From an uncultured Burkholderiales bacterium (GTDB taxonomy: Bacteria; Pseudomonadota; Gammaproteobacteria; Burkholderiales; Burkholderiaceae_C), in the NCBI GenBank assembly GCA_937871935.1, contig CALMQI010000096.1, positions 1,397 to 65,396 of the forward strand: DNA of 64,000 nt, in the 5' to 3' direction. Made by a program: the position numbers and the translations under genes. Within the stretch, counting starts at the first letter, position 1, and each line of letters opens with the position of its first letter. Below the pieces are notes generated by a model. The model saw only the letters and a list, made by a program, of their open reading frames with translations. It ran no database searches and was not told where the DNA came from. Shown piece after piece: positions 55,195 to 64,000 of this stretch.

Positions 55195-56670
55195 ATGGAT
55201 ATGTCTGCCTTTGCCTTGACCTCGACGGCGTCCGTGCGTCGGCGCCTGCTGGCTGCGCTGTGGCTGTGCGCCGGGCTGCTCGCGATGTCTGCGCCGCCGG
55301 CGGTGATCGCGCAGTCGCGCGAACTACCCGACTTCACTGACCTGGCGGACAAATGGAGCCCGTCGGTGGTGAACATCCGCACCGTGGAGCGCGGCCGCAT
55401 CACCGGCGGCACCGAGATCGACCCGAACATGGAGGAGTTCTTCCGCCGGTTCGGCATCCCGTTGCCGAATCGTCCAGGTCCCGGCCAGCCTCGATCGCCG
55501 CGCGGCGGCGGTGACGACGAGCCCCAGCAGCGCGGCGTCGGCTCGGGCTTCATCCTGACCGCCGACGGTTTTGTGCTGACGAACGCGCATGTCGTCGATG
55601 GCGCGGACGAAGTGCTGGTCACGCTGACCGACAAGCGCGAGTTCAAGGCACGCCTCGTAGGGGCAGACAAGCGCACCGACGTCGCCGTGGTCAAGATCGA
55701 GGCGAGCGGCCTGCCCGCCGTCAAGATCGGCGATGTCTCGCGGCTGCGGGTCGGCGAATGGGTCATGGCCATCGGATCGCCGTTCGGTCTGGACAACACG
55801 GTGACCGCCGGAATCGTCAGCGCGAAGCAGCGCGACACCGGCGACTTCCTCCCGTTTATCCAGACCGACGTGGCGATCAACCCCGGCAACTCGGGCGGCC
55901 CGCTGATCAACATGCGCGGCGAAGTCGTCGGCATCAATTCGCAGATCTACAGCCGCTCCGGCGGGTTCATGGGCATCTCTTTCTCGATTCCGATCGACGA
56001 GGCGATCCGAGTTGCCGACCAACTGCGTGTCAATGGTCGCGTGATTCGCGGCCGCATCGGTGTGACGATCGCGCCGGTGACCAAGGAGGTGGCCGAGTCC
56101 ATCGGCCTGGGCAAGCCCAACGGCGCTCTGGTGCAGGGAGTCGAATCGGGTGGGCCAGCCGAAAAGGCCGGCGTTGAAGCCGGCGACATCATCGTCAAGG
56201 TCGATGGCAAGCCGGTGGAAAAGTCGGGCGACCTGCCGCGCATCATCGGCGCTACCAAACCCGGCAGCAGGACTGCGCTGCAGGTGTTCCGGCGCGGCGC
56301 AACGCGCGACGTGACCGTGGTCGTCGGCGAGTTCGAGGCCGATCGTCCTACCCGGCGCGCCCAAGCCGAGCCCGGTGCATCGAGCCCGCCGACGAAGACG
56401 GCGCTGGGTTTGTCGGTGAGTGATCTCACTGATGTGCAGAAGCGCGAGCTCAAGCTGCGCAGCGGCGTCCGCGTCGATGCGGTCGAGGGCGCTGCGGCGA
56501 AGGCCGGTCTGCGCGAGGGTGACGTGATTCTCGCCATCGACAACGCCGAGGTGGCCGACGTCAAACAGTTTCTGGCCATCGCCGCCAAGGTGGAGAAAGC
56601 GCGGGCGGTCTCGCTCATGGTGCGGCGCGGCGAGTTCGTCAACTACCTCGTCATCCGCCCAGGGCGCTAG
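55195..56670 (+). CDS. degP: periplasmic serine endoprotease DegP/DegQ/MucD (trypsin domain + 2 PDZ)
   Basis: ATG 55195 with a signal peptide. Motifs are GSGFILTADGFVLTNAHVV and INPGNSGGPLINMRGEVVGINS, followed by two PDZ-like regions. Confidence 0.92.
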   Translation: MDMSAFALTSTASVRRRLLAALWLCAGLLAMSAPPAVIAQSRELPDFTDLADKWSPSVVNIRTVERGRITGGTEIDPNMEEFFRRFGIPLPNRPGPGQPRSPRGGGDDEPQQRGVGSGFILTADGFVLTNAHVVDGADEVLVTLTDKREFKARLVGADKRTDVAVVKIEASGLPAVKIGDVSRLRVGEWVMAIGSPFGLDNTVTAGIVSAKQRDTGDFLPFIQTDVAINPGNSGGPLINMRGEVVGINSQIYSRSGGFMGISFSIPIDEAIRVADQLRVNGRVIRGRIGVTIAPVTKEVAESIGLGKPNGALVQGVESGGPAEKAGVEAGDIIVKVDGKPVEKSGDLPRIIGATKPGSRTALQVFRRGATRDVTVVVGEFEADRPTRRAQAEPGASSPPTKTALGLSVSDLTDVQKRELKLRSGVRVDAVEGAAAKAGLREGDVILAIDNAEVADVKQFLAIAAKVEKARAVSLMVRRGEFVNYLVIRPGR

Positions 56671-57050
56671 CCGCCAGAAGGCATCGGTACTGGCTCGCCG
56701 GAAGATGAAAGTCCGGGGTCTTTCCGTATTGTGGTGATCTCCTTTGTCGGAGTAACAGACAAATCGACAAGCCCGGTCGTTTCAGTCTGCCTGATTGGTT
56801 AGTGAGTTCTTGCTTCACAGGCTCAACGATTCGATTGCACCGCGCCGGGCATAGAATGGCCGGCAGAAGACCGAGTTTGGCTTGTTCAGCAGTGCTCTGA
56901 GTTCTTCTGGCGGACTGTTGATAACCTGTTGACAAGAATTTGCTGTTGGCCGACCGCAACGAGCGGAAAACAAGCATTGGCGCGGGTTTCGGCCAAGTGC
57001 TTTTGGCTACAATGAAGGCCCAACAAGCAGTTGCCATACGTTTTGTTGGA

Positions 57051-57083
57051 AGGCGCGTCATCTCTTCGACGTGCCTTTTTTTT
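57051..57083 (+). terminator. rho-independent terminator (9-bp stem AGGCGCGUC/GACGUGCCU with one G-U pair, 8-nt loop, U-run)
   Basis: Read directly: aggcgcgtc-atctcttc-gacgtgcct followed by ttttttt (57077-57083). It lies 380 bp after the degP stop and 110 bp before the lepA start. Confidence 0.6.
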
Positions 57084-57192
57084 GTCTCCGGCCGGGCAGC
57101 TGCGCTGCCCTCAACTTCGCCATTCGAAGTTGGCCTGCGACGCAGCGGCTTTGTCGTTGTGGGTCGCGGCGCGGCGCTCCCGATCTGACCGC

Positions 57193-59001
57193 ATGGACCA
57201 TATCCGCAACTTCTCGATCATTGCTCACATCGATCACGGCAAGAGCACATTGGCCGATCGCATCATCCAGCGCTGCGGTGGCTTGTCGGACCGGGAGATG
57301 GAGGAGCAGGTGCTCGACTCGATGGATCTCGAGCGCGAGCGTGGCATCACCATCAAGGCGCAGACGGCGGCACTGCAGTACACCGCGCGCGACGGGCAGG
57401 TCTACAACCTCAATCTGATCGACACGCCGGGTCACGTCGACTTCAGCTACGAAGTGAGCCGGTCGCTCTCGGCCTGCGAGGGGGCGCTGCTGGTGGTGGA
57501 CGCGAGCCAGGGCGTCGAGGCGCAGACGGTGGCCAACTGCTATACCGCGCTCGACCTCGGTGTCGAGGTGGTGCCGGTGCTCAACAAGATGGATCTGCCG
57601 CAGGCCGATCCCGAGACCGCCAAGGCGGAGATCGAGGACGTGATCGGCATCGACGCCAGTCAGGCCATCCCCTGCTCGGCCAAGACCGGCCTCGGGTTGG
57701 ATGAGATCCTGGAGGCAGTGATCCACCGCATGCCGGCGCCGCGCGGCCGGCCCGACGGACCGCCGCGGGCGATGATCATCGACAGCTGGTTCGACAACTA
57801 TGTCGGCGTCGTCATGCTGGTGCGGGTGGTCGACGGCTCGCTGTCCAAGGGCGAACGCATTCGACTGATGGCGTCCGACGCCTGCTATGGCATCGAGCAG
57901 ATGGGCGTGTTCACGCCGAAGTCGCAACCGCGCGAGGCACTGCGCGCCGGTGAGGTGGGCTTCATCATCGCCGGCATCAAGGAGCTGCACCACGCCAAGG
58001 TGGGCGACACCCTCACGCTAGAGAAGAAGCTGCCCAACAACGCCGGGCCGGCGACCGAGCCGCTGCCGGGTTTCAAGGAGATCCAACCCCAGGTGTTCGC
58101 GGGCCTGTACCCCACCGAAGCCAGCGAGTACGAATCGCTGCGCGACGCGCTCGAGAAGCTCAAGCTCAACGACAGCTCGCTGCGCTTCGAACCCGAGGTG
58201 AGTCAGGCGCTCGGCTTCGGCTTCCGCTGCGGCTTTCTGGGCCTGCTGCACATGGAGATCGTTCAGGAGCGGCTGGAGCGCGAGTTCGACCAGGACCTGA
58301 TCACTACCGCGCCGTCGGTGGTCTACGAGGTCGAGTTGAACGACGGCGCCGTGCTCAGGGTCGAGAACCCGTCGAAGATGCCCGATCCGGGGCGCATCCG
58401 GGAGATCCGTGAGCCGATCGTCACCGTGCACCTGTACATGCCGCAGGACAGCGTGGGGCCGGTCATGACGCTGGCCAACCAGAAGCGCGGCGTGCAGATC
58501 CAGATGTCGTACCACGGCCGCCAGGTGCACCTGACCTACGAGCTGCCGCTGGCCGAGATCGTGCTCGACTTCTTCGACAAGCTGAAGTCCGTGTCGCGCG
58601 GTTATGCCTCGATGGACTACGCGTTCAAGGAATACCGCGCCGGCGACGTCGTCAAGGTCGACATCCTGATCAACGGCGACCGGGTCGACGCGCTGTCGAT
58701 CATTTTGCATCGCGCGCAAAGCCAGTTCCGCGGCCGCGAGGTGGTGGCCAAGATGCGCAAGATCATCCCGCGGCAGATGTACGACGTGGCGATCCAGGCC
58801 GCGATCGGCGCCAACATCATCGCGCGTGAAAACGTCAAGGCGCTGCGCAAGAACGTGCTGGCAAAATGCTACGGGGGCGACATCACCCGCAAACGCAAGC
58901 TGCTCGAGAAGCAGAAGGCCGGCAAGAAGCGCATGAAGCAGATCGGAACGGTCGAGGTGCCGCAGGAGGCTTTCCTGGCCATTCTCCAGGTCGACGACTG
59001 A
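57193..59001 (+). CDS. lepA: elongation factor 4 (LepA)
   Basis: The start is at [23 protein letters not shown] (ATG 57193). The upstream in-frame extension of the listed ORF is rejected. Confidence 0.97.
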   Translation: MDHIRNFSIIAHIDHGKSTLADRIIQRCGGLSDREMEEQVLDSMDLERERGITIKAQTAALQYTARDGQVYNLNLIDTPGHVDFSYEVSRSLSACEGALLVVDASQGVEAQTVANCYTALDLGVEVVPVLNKMDLPQADPETAKAEIEDVIGIDASQAIPCSAKTGLGLDEILEAVIHRMPAPRGRPDGPPRAMIIDSWFDNYVGVVMLVRVVDGSLSKGERIRLMASDACYGIEQMGVFTPKSQPREALRAGEVGFIIAGIKELHHAKVGDTLTLEKKLPNNAGPATEPLPGFKEIQPQVFAGLYPTEASEYESLRDALEKLKLNDSSLRFEPEVSQALGFGFRCGFLGLLHMEIVQERLEREFDQDLITTAPSVVYEVELNDGAVLRVENPSKMPDPGRIREIREPIVTVHLYMPQDSVGPVMTLANQKRGVQIQMSYHGRQVHLTYELPLAEIVLDFFDKLKSVSRGYASMDYAFKEYRAGDVVKVDILINGDRVDALSIILHRAQSQFRGREVVAKMRKIIPRQMYDVAIQAAIGANIIARENVKALRKNVLAKCYGGDITRKRKLLEKQKAGKKRMKQIGTVEVPQEAFLAILQVDD

Positions 59002-59070
59002 CATGGCGTCGCAGTTCCGGCCTGGCCGACTCCCGCCCAGCAAGAATTCAACAAGCGTGATCCGTAGTCG

Positions 59071-60039
59071 ATGAGTGCTCTGACCGCGGTCCTGTACCTC
59101 GCCCTGGCGGTCTATCTGGGCGGCTGGTATGCCGATCGCTGGATCGGCAATTTCTCGCTGTTGCTGTTCGTGCTGACGGTGGTGACGCTCGGCTATTGGC
59201 TGGCCGAGCGGTTGCGCTTCAAGCCGGCGCGCGAAGCGGCGGCTGCTGCCCTGGGAGTCCAGGACGCGCAGCGCCGCGCCGAGCTTGCCAAGATGGGCAT
59301 CGCCAAGGTCGACGGCGACGTCGAGGCGGCGCGCGAGCGTCTGTTGGCCCAGCCCTGGTGGCTCGACTGGACGGCGGGCCTGTTCCCGGTGATCCTGGCC
59401 GTCTTTCTGCTGCGATCGTTCCTGTTCGAGCCGTTCAAGATCCCGTCGGGGTCGATGGTGCCGACGCTGCTGGTCGGCGACCTGATCCTGGTGAACAAGT
59501 TCCACTACGGCGTGCGGCTGCCGGTGATCAACAAGAAGATCATCGCCAACAACGATCCGCAGCGGGGTGATGTCATGGTGTTTCGCTATCCGGTGGATCC
59601 GCGGGTCGACTACATCAAGCGCGTGGTCGGCCTGCCGGGCGACGAAGTGGCCTACATCAATCAGCGGTTATCCATCAACGGCAAGCCAGTCGAAGTGCAG
59701 TCGCTCGGTGACTACTACGACGAGGACTCGCTGCGCTACGCGCCGCAGTTCGCCGAGAAGCTGGGCAGCGTCCAGCACAAGATCCTGGTCGATCCGAAGC
59801 GGCAGGCCTACTACGGCGGCGACGCGCGCAGCTTCCCCCACGCGCAAAACTGCCGCTACTCAGCCGACGGCGTGGTGTGCAAGGTTCCCGCCGGACACTA
59901 CTTCATGATGGGCGACAACCGCGACAATTCGCAGGACTCCCGCTTTTGGGGGTTTGTGCCCGACGAGAACATCGTCGGAAGGGCGTTCTTCGTGTGGATG
60001 AACTTCGGCAATCTGCGCCGCATCGGGTCTTTCCAGTGA
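59071..60039 (+). CDS. lepB: signal peptidase I
   Basis: 322 aa. Motifs are IPSGSMVPTLLVGDLILVNK (catalytic Ser), YIKRVVGLPGD (catalytic Lys box) and GDNRDNSQDSRFWG. Confidence 0.95.
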   Translation: MSALTAVLYLALAVYLGGWYADRWIGNFSLLLFVLTVVTLGYWLAERLRFKPAREAAAAALGVQDAQRRAELAKMGIAKVDGDVEAARERLLAQPWWLDWTAGLFPVILAVFLLRSFLFEPFKIPSGSMVPTLLVGDLILVNKFHYGVRLPVINKKIIANNDPQRGDVMVFRYPVDPRVDYIKRVVGLPGDEVAYINQRLSINGKPVEVQSLGDYYDEDSLRYAPQFAEKLGSVQHKILVDPKRQAYYGGDARSFPHAQNCRYSADGVVCKVPAGHYFMMGDNRDNSQDSRFWGFVPDENIVGRAFFVWMNFGNLRRIGSFQ

Positions 60040-60046
60040 CGCGAAG

Positions 60047-60433
60047 GTGAAAGGGACGTGCATGAGATCCTCACAGCGTGTGGGCGTGGCCGGGCAACGC
60101 GGCGTCAGCCTGATCGGCCTGATGTTCTGGGCCATCTTCATTGGCTTCATCGCCTATGTGGGCATACGCGTATTTCCCACGGTCAACGAGTTCCTGACCA
60201 TCCAGCGGGCGGTCAACAAGATCGCCGCCGCCAATCCCACGACGGTGGCCGAGATCCGCACGGCGTTCGACCGCCAGAAGGACATCGAGTACTCGATCGC
60301 CTCGATCTCAGGCAAGGACCTGGACATCACCAAGATCAACGACCGCATCGTGATCCGCTTTGCGTACGACAAGGAAGTCGAGGTGATTGCGCCTGTCTAC
60401 TTGCTGATCAAGTACGAGGGCAGCACGCGGTGA
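60047..60433 (+). CDS. DUF4845-family small membrane-anchored protein
   Basis: 128 aa (or a start at ATG 60062). It has a single N-terminal TM (LIGLMFWAIFIGFIAYVGI). The position between lepB and rnc is conserved in Betaproteobacteria, from memory. Confidence 0.6.
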   Translation: MKGTCMRSSQRVGVAGQRGVSLIGLMFWAIFIGFIAYVGIRVFPTVNEFLTIQRAVNKIAAANPTTVAEIRTAFDRQKDIEYSIASISGKDLDITKINDRIVIRFAYDKEVEVIAPVYLLIKYEGSTR

Positions 60434-60464
60434 ACCGATGGGGCAGTGCCCGGGTCCGATAGGC

Positions 60465-61169
60465 ATGGATACACGGCTCGACGCTCTGCAACGCCGGCTG
60501 GGACATCGTTTTGGCGATGCCGGGCTGCTGACACTGGCCCTCACGCACCGCAGTTTCGGCGCCGACCACAACGAGCGGCTGGAGTTCCTGGGCGACGCGG
60601 TGCTCAATCTCGCCGTGTCGAGCCTGCTGTTCGAGCACTTCGGTGGCTCGGACGAAGGTGACCTCACCCGCGTGCGGGCCCATCTGGTGCGCGAGGAGAG
60701 CCTGCACAGGGTGGCATTGACGCTGGCGCTGCCCGAGGTGATGCGCTTGTCCGACGGCGAGGCTCGGGCTGGCGGCGCGCAGCGCCCGTCGATCCTGGCC
60801 GACGCGGTCGAGGCGCTGATCGGCGCGACCTACCTCGATGGCGGTTTCGATGCCGCCGCCGACTTGGTGCGCCGGCTGTTCGGCGATGTCATCGCCTCCA
60901 GCGAGGCGGCCAGCTGGACCAAGGACGCCAAGACAGAACTTCAAGAGTGGCTGCAGGCCCGGCGCATCGCCGTGCCGAGTTATCGCATCGTCGCCACCAG
61001 CGGCCAGGCCCATGCGCAGACCTTCGAGGTCGAGGGCGCGATTCCGGCGTTGTCGCTCGCCGAAACCGGCCACGGCAAGTCGCGCCGAGCCGCCGAGCAG
61101 GAGGCGGCGCGCCGGCTGCTCGACGCGCTGCGCGCCAGCGACCGGCCTGGCGGACCGCTGCGGTCGTGA
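60465..61169 (+). CDS. rnc: ribonuclease III
   Basis: The start is at [16 protein letters not shown]. It has the signature [11 protein letters not shown] and a C-terminal dsRBD. Confidence 0.95.
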   Translation: MDTRLDALQRRLGHRFGDAGLLTLALTHRSFGADHNERLEFLGDAVLNLAVSSLLFEHFGGSDEGDLTRVRAHLVREESLHRVALTLALPEVMRLSDGEARAGGAQRPSILADAVEALIGATYLDGGFDAAADLVRRLFGDVIASSEAASWTKDAKTELQEWLQARRIAVPSYRIVATSGQAHAQTFEVEGAIPALSLAETGHGKSRRAAEQEAARRLLDALRASDRPGGPLRS

Positions 61170-61227
61170 CCAGCCCGGCCTCTGCCAGCGCCGCGATGCA
61201 CCGCTGTCCGGCGATCAGGCCGACACG

Positions 61228-62133
61228 ATGAGCGAAGTGCCCCACCGCTGCGGCCTGGTCGCACTGGTCGGCCGGCCGAACGTCGGCAAGTCGACACTGC
61301 TGAACGCGCTGGTCGGCCAGAAGATCAGCATCACCTCGCGCAAGGCGCAAACGACGCGGCATCGCATCACCGGCATGCGCACGCGCGGCGCCGCGCAGTT
61401 CGTCTTCGTCGACACACCGGGCTTCCAGACCCGGCACACCGGGGCGCTGAACCGCAACCTCAACCGCACGGTGATGGCGTCGCTGGGTGACGTCGATGTG
61501 GTCTTGATGCTGGTCGACGCCGGCCGCTTTGGCGCCGACGATGCCAAGGTGCTGCCCCTGCTACCGCCGGGCAAGCCGGTGCTGCTGGTGGCGAACAAGC
61601 TCGATCTCGTGCACCGGCGCGCCGACCTGCTGCCGTGGCTGCAGGCGCTGCCCGAGCAGCACGCGTTCGCCGAGTACGTGCCGATGTCGGCCACCCGCGC
61701 CGACGACGTCGAGCGGCTGCTCGCCATCGTCGAGCCCTACCTGCCCCAGCAGGACTGGTTGTACGAGGCCGACACGCTGACCGATCGCAGCGAGCGCTTC
61801 CTGGTCAGCGAGACCGTGCGCGAGAAGCTCTTCCGCCTGACCGGCGACGAGTTGCCGTACACCTCCACCGTCGTCGTCGAGCAGTTCGAGGAGGACTCAA
61901 GCCCGGCCGGCGAGCGTCATCTGCGCATCGCCGCGACGATCGTCGTCGACCGCGAGGCGCACAAGGGCATGGTGATCGGGCAGGGCGGCGAGCGGCTCAA
62001 GCGCATCGGCACCGAGGCCCGCGTGGAGCTCGAACGCCTGCTCGGGGCCAGGCTGTTTCTCGAGTTGCACGTCAAGGTGCGCTCCGGCTGGGCCGACGAC
62101 GAGCAGCACCTGCGCTCCTACGGCTACGAATGA
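61228..62133 (+). CDS. era: GTPase Era
   Basis: ATG 61228. Motifs are the G1 motif ([10 protein letters not shown]) and DTPG, followed by a KH domain. Confidence 0.95.
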   Translation: MSEVPHRCGLVALVGRPNVGKSTLLNALVGQKISITSRKAQTTRHRITGMRTRGAAQFVFVDTPGFQTRHTGALNRNLNRTVMASLGDVDVVLMLVDAGRFGADDAKVLPLLPPGKPVLLVANKLDLVHRRADLLPWLQALPEQHAFAEYVPMSATRADDVERLLAIVEPYLPQQDWLYEADTLTDRSERFLVSETVREKLFRLTGDELPYTSTVVVEQFEEDSSPAGERHLRIAATIVVDREAHKGMVIGQGGERLKRIGTEARVELERLLGARLFLELHVKVRSGWADDEQHLRSYGYE

Positions 62134-62972
62134 ACGTGGCCGGGACATCGCAGCCGCGCCCGGTGCGAAGGGCCGCGCAGGCGCCGCAGGCCGCCTTCGT
62201 GCTGCACGGTTACGACTGGAGCGAGAGCAGCCTGATTCTCGACTTGTTCACCCGTGAGTCAGGGCGCATCGCCGTGGCGGCCAAGGGCGCCAAGAAGCCG
62301 TATTCGCAGATGCGCGCGGTGCTGATGCCGTTCCAGCGCATCGCGGTCCAGCTCGGCAAGTCGCGCGGCGACGACAGCGCCGAGGTGCACAACCTGCGGT
62401 CCGCCGAATGGGCCGGGCAGGGCGTTTCGCTTGAGGGCGCCGCCTGGTTTGCCGGGTTTTACATCAACGAGCTGTTGATGAAACTGCTGGCACGCGACGA
62501 CGCGCATCCGCGGCTGTTCGAGGCGTACTCACTCTCGCTGCGTTGCCTGAGCGGCGCCACGCCGAACGGCATCGAAGCGGTGTTGCGCGGCTTCGAGCTG
62601 ATGCTGCTGCGCGAGACCGGTGTGCTGCCGCAGCTTGACAGGGTCACGTCGACACAGGCTGCTCTCGCCAACGGGCATGCCTATGCGCTGCGGCCGGAGC
62701 AGGGCCTCGTCGAGACCGCCGATGCCGAATCCACACTGCGGGCGGACTCGTGCGTGGCGCTCGAACGTGCCCTCGGGGTGGTGCAGCAATCACCCTCGGC
62801 CGATGCGCTGCATCAGCTGCACGCCGCCAGCGCCGACGCGCTGGCCGGACTGAAGGTGCAGTTGCGCCAGCAGCTTCACTATCATCTGGGCGGCGCCACG
62901 TTGCGGACCCGGCAGGTCATGATCGACTCGTTTCGCCTGCTCGGGCTGGATGCATCGGCGTCGTCACGATGA
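62130..62972 (+). CDS. recO: DNA repair protein RecO
   Basis: ATG 62130 forms an ATGA overlap. The N-terminus is [35 protein letters not shown]. The era-recO-pdxJ synteny supports the call. Confidence 0.9.
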   Translation: MNVAGTSQPRPVRRAAQAPQAAFVLHGYDWSESSLILDLFTRESGRIAVAAKGAKKPYSQMRAVLMPFQRIAVQLGKSRGDDSAEVHNLRSAEWAGQGVSLEGAAWFAGFYINELLMKLLARDDAHPRLFEAYSLSLRCLSGATPNGIEAVLRGFELMLLRETGVLPQLDRVTSTQAALANGHAYALRPEQGLVETADAESTLRADSCVALERALGVVQQSPSADALHQLHAASADALAGLKVQLRQQLHYHLGGATLRTRQVMIDSFRLLGLDASASSR

Positions 62973-63766
62973 ACCCCTTGGTCGCTCCAGAAGCCTTTCA
63001 CCGGCACCACCGCACGGCGCTGTCGGTCAACGTCAACAAGATCGCGTTGCTGCGCAACACGCGACACCTCGGCATTCCCGACGTCGTGGCGCTGTCGCGC
63101 ATCGCGCTCGAGGCCGGCGCGCAGGGCATCACCGTGCATCCACGGCCGGACGCGCGCCACATCCGCCCGCAGGACGTCCGTGACCTGGCCGCGCTGATGC
63201 GCCAGTGGCCGCAGGCCGAGTACAACATCGAAGGCAACCCGTCGCACAACCTGATGGCCTTCGTGCGCGAACTGCGGCCGCACCAGTGCACGCTGGTGCC
63301 CGACAGCGAAGAGCAGTTCACCAGCGACCATGGCTGGAACCTGCCCGCCGACACGGATCGGCTGGCCCCGCTGGTGGCCGAAGCGCGCTCGCTCGGCGTG
63401 CGCGTGAGCCTGTTCATGGACCCGCTGCCGCAGGCGATGCGCCATGCGGCGGCGACCGGCGCCGATCGGATCGAGCTCTATACCGAGGCCTACGCTCGCG
63501 CCCACGGCACGCCGGAGCAGGCCGCGGTGCTGCAGCTCTACGCCGAATCGGCGCGGGCCGCGCAGGTGGCAGGGCTCGGCGTCAACGCCGGCCACGACCT
63601 CAATCGGGCCAACCTCGCCGACTTCCTGCGTGGCGTGCCGGGCGTGCTCGAGGTGTCGATCGGCCATGCGCTGGTCGCCGACGCGATCGAGCTCGGCCTG
63701 GCCGAGACGGTGCGTGACTACCAGCGCTGCATCCAGCGCGCGTTTGCACCCGCGGCACCGGCGTGA
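62969..63766 (+). CDS. pdxJ: pyridoxine 5'-phosphate synthase
   Basis: ATG 62969 forms an ATGA overlap. Motifs are [27 protein letters not shown] and NAGHDLN. Confidence 0.93.
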   Translation: MNPLVAPEAFHRHHRTALSVNVNKIALLRNTRHLGIPDVVALSRIALEAGAQGITVHPRPDARHIRPQDVRDLAALMRQWPQAEYNIEGNPSHNLMAFVRELRPHQCTLVPDSEEQFTSDHGWNLPADTDRLAPLVAEARSLGVRVSLFMDPLPQAMRHAAATGADRIELYTEAYARAHGTPEQAAVLQLYAESARAAQVAGLGVNAGHDLNRANLADFLRGVPGVLEVSIGHALVADAIELGLAETVRDYQRCIQRAFAPAAPA

Positions 63767-64000
63767 TCTACGGCATCGGCACCGACATCTGCGACCTGCG
63801 GCGCATCGAGCAGGTGCTCGGCCGCCGCGGCGAACGCTTCGTGCAGCGCGTGCTCGGGCCGCAGGAACAGCGTGTGTTCGAAGCACGGCACGCGCGTGCG
63901 GCGCGCCGCGGTGTCAGTTTCCTGGCCACGCGCTTCTCCGCCAAGGAGGCGTTCGCCAAGGCGATCGGCCTGGGCATGCGCATGCCGATGACCTGGCGGG
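63763..64000 (+). CDS. acpS: holo-ACP synthase, 5' part (runs off the window end)
   Basis: GTG 63763 forms a GTGA overlap. The sequence is [16 protein letters not shown]...[17 protein letters not shown]. The reading frame is still open at 64000. Confidence 0.85.
   Translation, partial: MIYGIGTDICDLRRIEQVLGRRGERFVQRVLGPQEQRVFEARHARAARRGVSFLATRFSAKEAFAKAIGLGMRMPMTWR

Noticed and set aside
56651-57061. 136-aa minus-strand ORF inside the degP-lepA spacer
   Set aside because: The composition is atypical for this genome's proteins. No start context or Shine-Dalgarno was seen and no family resemblance. It overlaps the predicted plus-strand hairpins and terminator.

Overview
High-G+C proteobacterial chromosome segment. 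The gene order on the right (rpmF-plsX-fabH-fabD-fabG-acpP-fabF-rpoE-rseA-rseB-degP-lepA-lepB-rnc-era-recO-pdxJ-acpS) is typical of Betaproteobacteria/Burkholderiales; the taxon is an inference. The window has three parts. (1) 1-2.6 kb holds a mosaic of three truncated, unrelated genes, then lysS. (2) 2.7-42.4 kb is a ~40-kb surface-polysaccharide locus (O-antigen/EPS type, Wzx/Wzy-like plus OPX/PCP export) in four transcription blocks: + 2718-15389, - 17310-15406, + 17442-35863, - 42424-35873. Most genes are joined by ATGA/GTGA start-stop overlaps. It encodes four rare-sugar routes: a WbpB/WbpD/WbpE 2,3-diacetamido-hexose(uronate) triad; a membrane 4,6-dehydratase with C4 aminotransferases; a complete legionaminic/neuraminic-type nonulosonic acid module with a WbpG-HisF-HisH amidotransferase set; and rmlBDAC. 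It also carries 3 GT4 glycosyltransferases, 1 orphan GT-B-like protein, 2 methyltransferases, an AsnB-type amidotransferase, a FemAB-like acyltransferase, an acyltransferase-3, a membrane di-iron hydroxylase and an HpcH-type aldolase. Unusually, it has two phosphoglycosyl transferases and two flippase types (Wzx and MurJ-like). (3) 42.6-64 kb is housekeeping. Most notable are a phosphoglycosyl transferase fused C-terminally to a PglF/WbpM-type membrane domain, the duplicated initiation/flipping machinery, a CBS-aminotransferase fusion, the gene-fragment mosaic at the locus edge, a YgfX/CptA-like ORF ahead of rpoE, and a structured lower-G+C 0.5-kb spacer before lepA. I recognised no rRNA, tRNA, CRISPR array, transposase or integrase. 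The many long Arg/Ala/Gly/Pro-rich ORFs antisense to well-supported genes are treated as GC-driven shadow ORFs. All calls rest on reading the translated ORFs and on recalled family motifs; no searches were run.
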